64,000 nt of DNA. It comes from a virus. The notes below the pieces were generated by a model, which was not told the DNA's origin, did not search any database, and worked only from the letters and a program-made list of their open reading frames with translations. Numbering within the stretch: position 1 is the first letter of the stretch; the number at the start of each line of letters is the position of its first letter. A program made the translations under genes and the position numbers. The DNA lies in IMG/VR virus record IMGVR_UViG_3300021376_000010; one strand, given 5' to 3'. This document shows positions 56,201-64,000 of this stretch, in pieces.

Positions 56201-58422
56201 ACTACAGAAGACTCATTATAATCATATGCAACTCTTTCTGCATGACCGACAAATCCAAAGAGTGAACCAGAACCAACATAAGATTCTGCATTCTTCTCTG
56301 TCGCAGCACCAATAAACTTGAATAGTCCTGTTGCTGATGGAATATTTGCTCTTGCTTCTCCAGCACCAGTAAATGCAAATATACGTCCAGAACCAATATG
56401 TGGTGCTGGAGCAAATGCTTGATTTGCAGAACCATTAATTTTGAATAGTTCTGTTGATTCTGGTGGATTTGCTCCAAGTGATTCTGCAGATCCAGTAAAT
56501 GCGAAGATACGTCCAGAACCAACATGGGATAGAGATGCTTTTAGTTCCGCACTTCCACCAAGAACAAATTGACCAGTTCCAACGTGTATTGGTAATACAA
56601 ATATTCTTGAGAAACCAGAAATTGATATTTGTACAGAACCAGAAATAAGTGGTGATTGGGAAACTTGAGTAGATGATTCTAATTTTAGTTTTCCGAATGG
56701 GAAAATATTATCTGTTTCTGTTATAAATCCATAATCAACTTTGTTCCATGGTTTTTGTGGACTTGGAATTTCAGTTATCGTTCCATAGTCATCTTCTAGA
56801 TTTTCAATTCCAAACTGCGATACAATTTGGTTTCCATAAGTACTAATTTGGTCATTAGCATAATCAAATATTACATTACTATTACTAATATTAACTGGAG
56901 AATCAGATATGAATCCATAATCTAACGAATCAATAGTTACTATTGAAGACTCGTTGTAATCATAAGTAACTCTTTCTGCATGACCAACAAATCCAAATAG
57001 TGAACCAGATGCAGAATAAGATTCTACATTCTTCTCGACTGCAGAACCACTGAAAGCAAATAGATTTGTTTCTGGTTTTGTGATGATAACTCTTGAGTAT
57101 CCCGAACCAGTAAATGCAGAAAACTGTCCAGAACCAATATGTGGTGCTGGTGTAACTGTCTCTTTGGCAGAACCATTAATTTTGAATAGTTCTGTTGATT
57201 CTGGTGGATTTGCTCCAAGTGATTCTGCAGATCCAGTAAATGCGAAGATACGCCCAGAACCAACATGGGATAGAGATGCTTTTAGCTCAGAATCACCACT
57301 AATGTTAAATACACCAGAACCAATATGTATTGGTAATACGAATATACGTACAACACCAGATATAGATATTTCCGCAGAACCGAAAATAGATGGTGATTGA
57401 GAAACTGCAGTTAATGATGATAGTTTTAACTGACCAAATGGAAGTCTAGTATCATTATCAGTAATAAATCCATAATTAACTTTGTTCCATGGTTTTTGTG
57501 GACTTGGAATTTCAGTTATCGTTCCATAGTCATCTTCTAAATTAGATACACCAAATTGAGATACAATTTGGTTTCCATAAGTACTAATTTGGTCATTAGC
57601 ATAATCAAATATTACATTACTATTGCTGATATTGATTGGAGAATCAGATATAAATCCATAATCTAATCCTTCTGGTCTTATTACCGAAGACTCATTATAA
57701 TCGTATGTAACTTTCTCTGCATGACCAACAAATCCAAATAGTGAACCAGAACCAACATAAGATTCTGCATTCTTCTCGACTGCAGAACCTATAAACTTGA
57801 ATATATTTGTTTCTGCTTTTGTAATGATAACTCTTGATAATCCTGCACCAGTAAATGTAGAGAAAAGACCAGTTGCAGAATAGTTCCCTCTTGAGAACGC
57901 ATGAAAAGCACCACCAGAAAAGACGATAATACGATTTTTGCTTTCTGATGGTGCGTTAGTTGTTGTATATGTTGAACTACTAAATCCGAATAGTTTTCCA
58001 ATACCATTTTGATTAGCAATTCTGGATTGTTCTGCAGAACCATCTGCTCGAATTCTTCCAGACCCAACGTGTATTGGTAATACAAATATTTTTGCTTTTC
58101 CACTTACGAGGAAAGACAATCCACCAACACTTCTTCTTACTAAAGAAACGTCAGCAAACTCAGTAGATATACTTAGTTTTCCAAATGGTATATTTTGACG
58201 AAGTATTGTTATACTTCCATAATTGAATATTTGCTTCTCACTGGTGATACTATCTGTAATTAAACCAAAATCGTCATAATAACTAACAAATTCTCCAATT
58301 AATCCATAATCTTCACTTTCAAAAAATATAATGGAGCTAGTGTTATACGAAAAAACACCTCTCTCTTCTAACTCGCCAGAAGAAAGAGAAGTGTTTTTTC
58401 CAGTATAACTAAATACTGCCAT
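53290..58422 (-). CDS. 1710-aa repetitive virion protein (probable beta-solenoid fibre)
   Basis: Dozens of ~20-aa GSGx(L/I)FxFxGxAxE repeats and DYG motifs; AGGAG RBS. Confidence 0.75.
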   Translation of the reverse strand: MAVFSYTGKNTSLSSGELEERGVFSYNTSSIIFFESEDYGLIGEFVSYYDDFGLITDSITSEKQIFNYGSITILRQNIPFGKLSISTEFADVSLVRRSVGGLSFLVSGKAKIFVLPIHVGSGRIRADGSAEQSRIANQNGIGKLFGFSSSTYTTTNAPSESKNRIIVFSGGAFHAFSRGNYSATGLFSTFTGAGLSRVIITKAETNIFKFIGSAVEKNAESYVGSGSLFGFVGHAEKVTYDYNESSVIRPEGLDYGFISDSPINISNSNVIFDYANDQISTYGNQIVSQFGVSNLEDDYGTITEIPSPQKPWNKVNYGFITDNDTRLPFGQLKLSSLTAVSQSPSIFGSAEISISGVVRIFVLPIHIGSGVFNISGDSELKASLSHVGSGRIFAFTGSAESLGANPPESTELFKINGSAKETVTPAPHIGSGQFSAFTGSGYSRVIITKPETNLFAFSGSAVEKNVESYSASGSLFGFVGHAERVTYDYNESSIVTIDSLDYGFISDSPVNISNSNVIFDYANDQISTYGNQIVSQFGIENLEDDYGTITEIPSPQKPWNKVDYGFITETDNIFPFGKLKLESSTQVSQSPLISGSVQISISGFSRIFVLPIHVGTGQFVLGGSAELKASLSHVGSGRIFAFTGSAESLGANPPESTELFKINGSANQAFAPAPHIGSGRIFAFTGAGEARANIPSATGLFKFIGAATEKNAESYVGSGSLFGFVGHAERVAYDYNESSVVNLESLDYGFLTETPINISNSNVIFDYANDQISTYGNQIVSQFGVDNPDDYGFITQPTNYGQQKRNYGYITDVENRFPYGRFRFSDDKAAIKASLSHIGSGRIFAFTGAGEARANIPSATGLFKFLGSSQLRALLSHVGSGSLFAIVGGQESVTPKPQIGSGKLTISGAAVEKNAESYVGSGRAKVFSTPVSVHRLFGYNGSGNLQITRISSATIGFSLVHVGSGSLFAIVDGRESVTPKPQIGSGKLTISGAAVEKNAESYVGSGSLFAFGTKTEVKSNAPSATGLFKFFGSSPQAITPAPHIGSGRIFAFTGSAESTTSSLVATVLFKFAGNAIEKNAESYVGSGSLFAFGTKTEVKSNAPSATGLFKFAGNAIEKNTESYFGSGSLFTFISSTESSAATKVSTGLFKFAGNAIEKNTESYFGSGRIFTFDSATSVVVGRLRSDGVLFKLNGSSIVVSSLSEIGSGVLNLRQRVSGLDARSKQRYISGIERKTIVPPTDGALFRATGVVTLFFIYGEVGSGTITLAGNARTQTKPVHLGEGLLSINGSAETPRTRPYIGTGSLFGLISSVTVSASRPPVSGTLFRITGAASERNTESYTGLTEAKLSGNANIIARLKHIGSGKTTIFGSAIEKNTESYIGSGRIFGFTGGAESVGRKLPEFKTLFRITGSGTVRNLYTHVGTGSLFTFVSKTETTSSAETKTTLFKFAGSAAESNTESYTGSGLVRFRTKDSILDINGKVIFVSAQESSTVVPPTSTTLFKFGGAAKTERNTNWTTTGTLFGFGGGAERVSFTPAISTTLFDFVGTAQERKSKSYAGSGSLFGFIGAAESSAVVSTTGGLFRITGSAKESVIPATYVGTGSLFAFVSKTESVTFSPPTTNLFKFTGNAVEKNTEAYLGTGRIFGFQSAGIARVVPYDRTQILFRLSGASKEMFGRAGYVGITQAQFNGISTNRYIEFDSPKPIRIYII
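54920..55460. repeat. 120-nt (40-aa) near-identical coding tandem repeats
   Basis: tctcgattgcatttcctgcaaacttgaaga at 54951, 55071 and 55191. Boundaries approximate. Confidence 0.85.
55840..57860. repeat. ~740-nt (246-247 aa) coding tandem triplication
   Basis: gtactaatttggtcattagc at 56102, 56840 and 57581; NISNSNVIFDYANDQISTYGNQIVSQFG three times. Boundaries approximate. Confidence 0.85.
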
Positions 58423-58434
58423 TATGACTCCTTT

Positions 58435-58797
58435 TTAGGTCACTTGAACAGTGCTTAACGTTCCAGTAGTACTAACACTTAATCTCCACCTTGTACCGTT
58501 TGATGCAGTTAGTATTACTCCCTGTGATGTATTTATACCAACTTGTACATCACCCAATACATCCAAAGTTGCTCTTGGTACTGTACTTCCAACTCCAACA
58601 GCAAATCCAGGAGAAACAATTAAATCACTTGCAACTTGTCCATTTATATCTAAGTTTTTACTTAATTGGACAGTATCTGCATTTAAATTAATAAAAGCAG
58701 GAGAATTAATGTCTATTGTTCCATCTGAAGTAACAGATGAGTATCCATTGGTGCTTATTAATTTTAGATTTTTTGTCGTAAAATCGGTATCTGCCAT
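58435..58797 (-). CDS. Short fibre-like virion protein
   Basis: VGVGSTVPRATLDV.G fibre repeat; GVILTASNGTRWRLSV C-terminus. Confidence 0.65.
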   Translation of the reverse strand: MADTDFTTKNLKLISTNGYSSVTSDGTIDINSPAFINLNADTVQLSKNLDINGQVASDLIVSPGFAVGVGSTVPRATLDVLGDVQVGINTSQGVILTASNGTRWRLSVSTTGTLSTVQVT

Positions 58798-58809
58798 TTT
58801 TTTAAATAT

Positions 58810-61389
58810 TTAGGAGTTTGTTCTTGGGTTATATATTACTCTAGATTTCCCACCTTCAAGACTATTTAAATCTTCCCAATTTGGATCATTTGCTGTTCTT
58901 GACTCATTTCCTTGATAAAATCTTCCAGTAGATGTTTGTGTAATAATTGAACTCTTCAAATATTTTCTGACATCTCTCCAAGTCCAATTCCTATTATCTT
59001 GCATAAGAGTTGATATAAAACCAGCAGCAACTGGACATGCAGCACTTGTTCCACCAAAACTAGCATCAGATGCTTGAGATATTTTTCCATTAGCACCAAT
59101 TTGCAAATCTATTTGTGCTGGGGTGTTTTCATAAAAAATCATTTCCCATACAACTGTTGGAGATCCAAGAACACCCCCATAATAGGTTGTATGTCCTTCA
59201 TACCTCACTCTAAAAGTTCTATTTGGAGATAAACCAGAGGTTAGATAATATATTCTTTGACAAGAAGCATCTGATGCCGTTATATAAATTTTTGGATATG
59301 CGACTCCAGTTGCATTGTAATCATAACTAATTTCCTGATCATAATTTGGTACAGAAGACCTTGCTCCAAAAGTTACATAAGAATTTGAATTAACATAAAT
59401 TTCATTTGTTGTCACACTTCCGAAATTAATATTCCATGGAATTGTAATATCCCAAAAACCATCATCATTTCCACCGTATTGAGGATGACCAATTGATGCA
59501 GTTACTGTGCTAACTCCTGAAGGACCTACTATTGTATTTGCGATAGAGACGATAGTAGCAGAATTATTGACTGTTGTTGTTATTCTACGTCCAGTATTGC
59601 TACCAAATGTTAAAGTATCTCCACTCATATATGCAGCAGTTACGGCAATTCCAATTGCCCCATTAATAACTAAGGATAAACCAGGATATGTATCTGCTCT
59701 CACACCAACAGCAGGATATCCACCACGATTTGCTGCCAATGTTCCATCTGCTGCAGCATAAATGTCAATTTCATTTCCCATATCACTATAGTCTACTTTT
59801 CTTTCCTTTCCATCGGGTTGATAATCATCGTCCAATGCACCTACATTTATGACTGGGTATTCTCCTGAAGCAGTTTTTCCCAATTGTTGTGGAAATCCTC
59901 TTCTATTTGTTGTGTTGTATGCGGTGTAACCAAACTCAGTATGAGTTGCAGAAATTAGTGAAACTCCAATTCCTTGGGCAGTTGTTGCCCAATAATTATT
60001 ATAATCTGGATGTGATGGACTTACTTGTTTTTGATTGCTATTTCCTGCAGCTCCAATAAAAATAACTCCAGAATTAACACATTCATTGCCTGCAGTTACA
60101 ATAGAACTTGGAGCATGTTCTCCTTTCATTCTTCCACTATCACCAGTAGTACCGACATATTTAAAATAACCTGGTGCTGTTCCAGATGTATATGTTACTC
60201 CTATTCCACCACTAGTACCTTGTCTATAAAAATAAAATCCATTTGTTAGATGTCCTATTGCACGATACCCCCAACTATTACTACTTACTGTTGGATTTCT
60301 ATTTCCATACTTTGGATTGACTGGTTTATTTTGATGAAAAATTTTTAATATATCAAAATATATTTCAATTGCTGGAGAAAAACCACCAATTGAATCAATT
60401 AAGAATTTATTTGAATTATACGCCCAACCCATAGTTCTTCCATAGGTTAAGGCACAGCAAGGAGTTCCATGATCTCCTTCTGCGGAAACTGTACTATTTG
60501 AACCGTTGCAATTTGCTCTAGTATAATTAGCAGGAATATTAACAGTACCAATTGAAGAAAATTTTGCTGATCTTTGATTAGAAGTTGACCACCAAGATTT
60601 TGCAACAGATTCGACTGGTACTGTCGTTCCGTCCCAACGGGTTATTAATCTACTTCCAGGAGAACCCTCAAACCATTCTGGGTCAATATAGTATGGTGCA
60701 TCTAGAATTAAATCTAGTAAATCACATGTTCCAGTTGTAGCAGATACTGCTGCTGGATGCCAACCTGCCTTTAATACATTTCCCCCGATATAATCCACTG
60801 GAGAATTTGAAGTTCCAGCATTACTTTGAAATTCTGGATGCCCAAACCAACAACCATCATCAGAAACTATTACATCGACATCAAATCCACTTGCATGTCC
60901 AGGAACTCTACTCGTTAAAACCTGTCTTGCTCCAGTAGATAAACCAGTTTGCCAACTATCATTTTTTTGAGAATGTCTTAATAGAGAATATCCACATCTA
61001 CTAATGTCGGTAGAGTCTGGTGATGCTGGCAATAAATTTCCACCATTAAAAAAATCTCTATATTGTTTTGTATTATTGTTGTATCTAAATTCTGGTATTA
61101 CCCCAATTGGGAGATTATATAATTCTCTTGGTCGTGGTTTTGGATATGCCTCTGTATGTACTTGAGGATCCAAATGAATGTAATGAATTGAGGGGTGATT
61201 CTTCAATTCTACTGCTTCTTCATCAGTTAGAAGATAAGATGCTCTTGTTTCACTAAATTCCTTTAAATCAGCACATTCAACACATCTTGATGGAATGCAT
61301 GAGTCTATACAACCATCATTTATTAGTTCCTGATGTAATTGTTGCCATTCTTCTGCCGTACTGCAACCAAGTGTGTATTGATTTTCCAT
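58810..61389 (-). CDS. Subtilisin-like (S8) serine protease with an inserted domain
   Basis: Catalytic D (VIVSDDG), H (HGTPC), oxyanion N (AAGN), S (GGTSAACP). Likely ATG at 61389. Confidence 0.88.
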   Translation of the reverse strand: MENQYTLGCSTAEEWQQLHQELINDGCIDSCIPSRCVECADLKEFSETRASYLLTDEEAVELKNHPSIHYIHLDPQVHTEAYPKPRPRELYNLPIGVIPEFRYNNNTKQYRDFFNGGNLLPASPDSTDISRCGYSLLRHSQKNDSWQTGLSTGARQVLTSRVPGHASGFDVDVIVSDDGCWFGHPEFQSNAGTSNSPVDYIGGNVLKAGWHPAAVSATTGTCDLLDLILDAPYYIDPEWFEGSPGSRLITRWDGTTVPVESVAKSWWSTSNQRSAKFSSIGTVNIPANYTRANCNGSNSTVSAEGDHGTPCCALTYGRTMGWAYNSNKFLIDSIGGFSPAIEIYFDILKIFHQNKPVNPKYGNRNPTVSSNSWGYRAIGHLTNGFYFYRQGTSGGIGVTYTSGTAPGYFKYVGTTGDSGRMKGEHAPSSIVTAGNECVNSGVIFIGAAGNSNQKQVSPSHPDYNNYWATTAQGIGVSLISATHTEFGYTAYNTTNRRGFPQQLGKTASGEYPVINVGALDDDYQPDGKERKVDYSDMGNEIDIYAAADGTLAANRGGYPAVGVRADTYPGLSLVINGAIGIAVTAAYMSGDTLTFGSNTGRRITTTVNNSATIVSIANTIVGPSGVSTVTASIGHPQYGGNDDGFWDITIPWNINFGSVTTNEIYVNSNSYVTFGARSSVPNYDQEISYDYNATGVAYPKIYITASDASCQRIYYLTSGLSPNRTFRVRYEGHTTYYGGVLGSPTVVWEMIFYENTPAQIDLQIGANGKISQASDASFGGTSAACPVAAGFISTLMQDNRNWTWRDVRKYLKSSIITQTSTGRFYQGNESRTANDPNWEDLNSLEGGKSRVIYNPRTNS

Positions 61390-61390
61390 A

Positions 61391-62752
61391 TTAGAGCAAT
61401 CCTCCTCTTGCAAATCTGTATGTGGTTAAACCAGAAATAGTGGATGCTGGAGTAATTCTGAGTTGGCAAACTCCAGATGATATCGTTGCTCCGAATGAAA
61501 CAACAGGAGTATTATTAAAGATAATTGAATATTCTTGTGAATATGCTGTAGTCCCTCCGACCATTACCACACATTTCTGTGTTTGAATATTGAGACCATT
61601 TTCAACATGGATTAAATATTCTAATGATTTAAATGACTTTGTTGAAACTGGGAATGAATCAAAGGTAAATGCTACTCCAACAGTAGCACTAAATGTTCCT
61701 ACACCTGTAGATACTGCATATCTCTCGATTTGTAATTTTTCTAATGGATTTGTGGTTCCTATGCCAACATTAGAGAGAGTGTGGATTCCTATTCCTGTAG
61801 ATGTCCAATATGATTCTCCCCCTCCTCCTCCTCCTCCTCCAGTGGCACTAATAGTTACTTGTCCTGTAGAACCACTAAGAATTATATTTGAACCCGCAAC
61901 TAGTGAAGTTACCACTCCTGATAAATTTACTCCAGAACCACTAAAAGTCGTTGCAGTTAAAATACCGACAATTTTGGTATCACCTATTACTGTAAGTTTT
62001 GATGTTGGATTTATTGTCCCTATACCTACCTTAGAAATTCCATTTATGTAAATGTCACTAGTGTATCTTGCCTTTCCTGTTTGATCTACACTAACTATTT
62101 GTCCAGGAAGACCAGTAGTTGTTCCTAATCCAACAGATCCCTCTGCATAAAGTGCAGTTCTTGATTTTAAATGCCAGGCATCAACCCATCCAGGATTGAG
62201 AGATGTATTATCATTAATTCCACCAATAGTAACTGTAGGATAACCACCAGAAGTATCACCAATTCTTAACCAACCTCTTTCATTATTTGATGAATCTTGA
62301 ATCTTTACAGTTCCACTAACTTGAAATTTTGCTGAAGGATTTGTAATTCCAATACCAACACTTGAAGTAGTATTAATTCCAGAACCAGTTATTGCCCATG
62401 GGTTGATAAGACCAGGGATATTATAAAGACCAGATGCATCTCCAATAAATTTAAAAGCAGTTATTATTCCTGTAGTGTTTATGTTTGCAGTTGATGTTAA
62501 TGCTGAAGAAATTCCAGAACTTGCAGAATATATTGCGTATGCAGATAAACCAGAATTATTGGAATATGATGAGATACCAGAAAGAGCAGCATATGAAGAA
62601 ATACCAGCAGAAGAAGCATAAGTTGCCACTCCTGCTGTTGTTGCATATCCCGAAGCATTCAAATTTTGAAGTTGTTCTACGTCAACAGCAATAGAATTAA
62701 TTACTAATCTCTGTTGTTCAAAAGTTGAATTAATACCTACATTTCTAGCCAT
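61391..62752 (-). CDS. Tail-fibre-like structural protein
   Basis: TFEQQRLVIN N-terminus, VGIGTTNP repeats, Gly8 linker, conserved C-terminal beta domain. Confidence 0.75.
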   Translation of the reverse strand: MARNVGINSTFEQQRLVINSIAVDVEQLQNLNASGYATTAGVATYASSAGISSYAALSGISSYSNNSGLSAYAIYSASSGISSALTSTANINTTGIITAFKFIGDASGLYNIPGLINPWAITGSGINTTSSVGIGITNPSAKFQVSGTVKIQDSSNNERGWLRIGDTSGGYPTVTIGGINDNTSLNPGWVDAWHLKSRTALYAEGSVGLGTTTGLPGQIVSVDQTGKARYTSDIYINGISKVGIGTINPTSKLTVIGDTKIVGILTATTFSGSGVNLSGVVTSLVAGSNIILSGSTGQVTISATGGGGGGGGESYWTSTGIGIHTLSNVGIGTTNPLEKLQIERYAVSTGVGTFSATVGVAFTFDSFPVSTKSFKSLEYLIHVENGLNIQTQKCVVMVGGTTAYSQEYSIIFNNTPVVSFGATISSGVCQLRITPASTISGLTTYRFARGGLL

Positions 62753-62787
62753 AATTCCTTTTAGTCTATTGATAAAAAATTATAAAG

Positions 62788-62818
62788 AAAAAATAAGGGG
62801 ATTACATTTGCAATCCCC
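62788..62818 (-). terminator. Intrinsic terminator
   Basis: GGGGATTGC-aaat-GTAATCCCC followed by TTATTTTT. Confidence 0.8.
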
Positions 62819-62848
62819 ACATGATAAATATATTCTTTTTTTGAAAAA

Positions 62849-64000
62849 TCAGTCGAGGCTGATGTTTAGAGTAACCTTAATTTGGTCTCCGTTGTTCTGA
62901 ATGTTGTATGGACCGTTTGTAAATCTTTCAGCAAACATGATGCTACTGTAAAGAGTTGCACTTCCAACTCCAGCAAGTGCGGGAGATGTTCTGAAAACGT
63001 TTGTTCCTACAGTCTCAAAAATTGTATATGTTGAAGATGAAGTTGTAGTGTTTGCTGTTCCTGCTGCAATGTAAATTACATCTCCACGGACTAATCCGTG
63101 GTTTAAAGCGGTTACTTCACTGAAATTGAAATAGACAGTAGCACCAGTAGCAGCCTGAATGTTGTTTACTAGGTTATTGCTTAAGTAAACAATTCTCTGA
63201 CTTTCATCAAAACCAGTTACTAAAGTATTTGATGGGATTGCATTAACTTCCCCAACAACGTTTCCGTGAGTAACTGCCATACCCACAGTAATGTTTTCTC
63301 CAACATTTTCTGTAAAGGTAACAATTCCAGTAACTGTGGTTGTGTTTCCTTTATCTAGTACAATAGTATTAGTACCAGCAACACCTACAACTCTTGCGTT
63401 TGCTGCAACTCCAGTTCCAACAACTCTCTGATTTGTTGTGATGCCAGTTGGATTGTCAACTGTTACTATGAACTGTCCAGTTGAACCAACTCCAGTTGGA
63501 CTATATTTTTTATCAAACAGGGTTACGTAGTTTCTACCAATAGTTCCTGTTGTCTGAGTTTTCGCAACTGCTACTGCGGTTGAAACTGATGCAGCATCTT
63601 GAACACCATGAATTTCAACAGGCATATTATTTGCTCTTACCAAATAATAACCATACTGATTATTAGCAGCAGAACTAAATGTAAATGTTTGCTCTGGATA
63701 TGATGCAGTGGTTGTTCCTCTACCAAATTCTAATGATTGGTTTAAGAATGTACCAGTGTTTGGAACGGTTAGGACGATTGTGTTTCCATCAATAGCAGCA
63801 ACTGTAGCACGGTTGCCAACACCACCACCAGAAACGTAATGACCAACTGCGATGTTTGTGGTTGATGATACGGTGATTGTATACTGGTTTACAGTTCCAG
63901 AACCATTTGTAGTAACAATTGGAGTAGTAATTGTTCTAACATTCCATGAGTTTCCATTGAGCAAAATACCAAATTGCTCTGAATAATCTTGGTCAAATCT
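62849..64000 (-). CDS. Virion structural protein, 5' end outside the window
   Basis: Frame is open to 64000; YPEQTFTF...YGYY...FAERF...GDQIKVT, with Thr/Val-rich inserted repeats. Confidence 0.7.
   Translation of the reverse strand, partial: RFDQDYSEQFGILLNGNSWNVRTITTPIVTTNGSGTVNQYTITVSSTTNIAVGHYVSGGGVGNRATVAAIDGNTIVLTVPNTGTFLNQSLEFGRGTTTASYPEQTFTFSSAANNQYGYYLVRANNMPVEIHGVQDAASVSTAVAVAKTQTTGTIGRNYVTLFDKKYSPTGVGSTGQFIVTVDNPTGITTNQRVVGTGVAANARVVGVAGTNTIVLDKGNTTTVTGIVTFTENVGENITVGMAVTHGNVVGEVNAIPSNTLVTGFDESQRIVYLSNNLVNNIQAATGATVYFNFSEVTALNHGLVRGDVIYIAAGTANTTTSSSTYTIFETVGTNVFRTSPALAGVGSATLYSSIMFAERFTNGPYNIQNNGDQIKVTLNISLD

Noticed and set aside
54920-57860. Regularly spaced repeats as a CRISPR array or DGR template/variable pair
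   Set aside because: Repeats are in-frame multiples of three inside one long ORF and lack unique spacers. No cas or reverse transcriptase gene is in the window, and differences between copies include non-adenine positions.
53295-58103. Long alternative-frame ORFs rich in L/Q/V (e.g. 53643-54341, 54882-55538)
   Set aside because: Shadow frames produced by the repetitive, codon-biased 1710-aa gene; no RBS or protein-like composition.
1-64000. tRNA, rRNA, introns, inteins, integrase or transposase
   Set aside because: None recognised. Intergenic gaps are short and explained by promoters and terminators, and g43, g17, g20 and uvsW are of normal length. A tRNAscan/Infernal run would be needed to be certain.

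Overview
This is a 64-kb segment of a T4-like (Kyanoviridae-type) cyanomyovirus genome, AT-rich and almost entirely coded on the minus strand. In transcription order (right to left) it holds four blocks. (1) A tail-fibre/accessory virion region: S8 protease, a 1710-aa repeat protein, a 1177-aa fibre, adaptor proteins, three paralogous Cys/Gly-rich tip-like proteins and a tail-assembly chaperone. (2) A sugar-modification island: a GT9-like glycosyltransferase, two CmcH/NodU carbamoyltransferases, HldC/HldA-like ADP-heptose enzymes, a HAD phosphatase, a cupin and an inverted HldD-like epimerase. (3) The conserved neck/tail/head module: g13-g23 and g3. (4) The recombination/replication module: uvsY, uvsW, g55, g47, g46, g45, g44, g62, regA, hsp20, g43, uvsX and g41 (partial). 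The best candidate for a new system is a late-expressed pathway that makes a nucleotide-heptose without GmhA, carbamoylates it and may attach it to the adjacent Cys-rich virion proteins. Other items missed by the ORF track are an NblA-like gene coupled to g17, a ROSE-like hairpin in the hsp20 leader, a late-promoter/terminator-bounded small RNA candidate, a chimeric pseudogene in the head module and several small ORFs. All family assignments come from motif recognition and synteny, not database searches.
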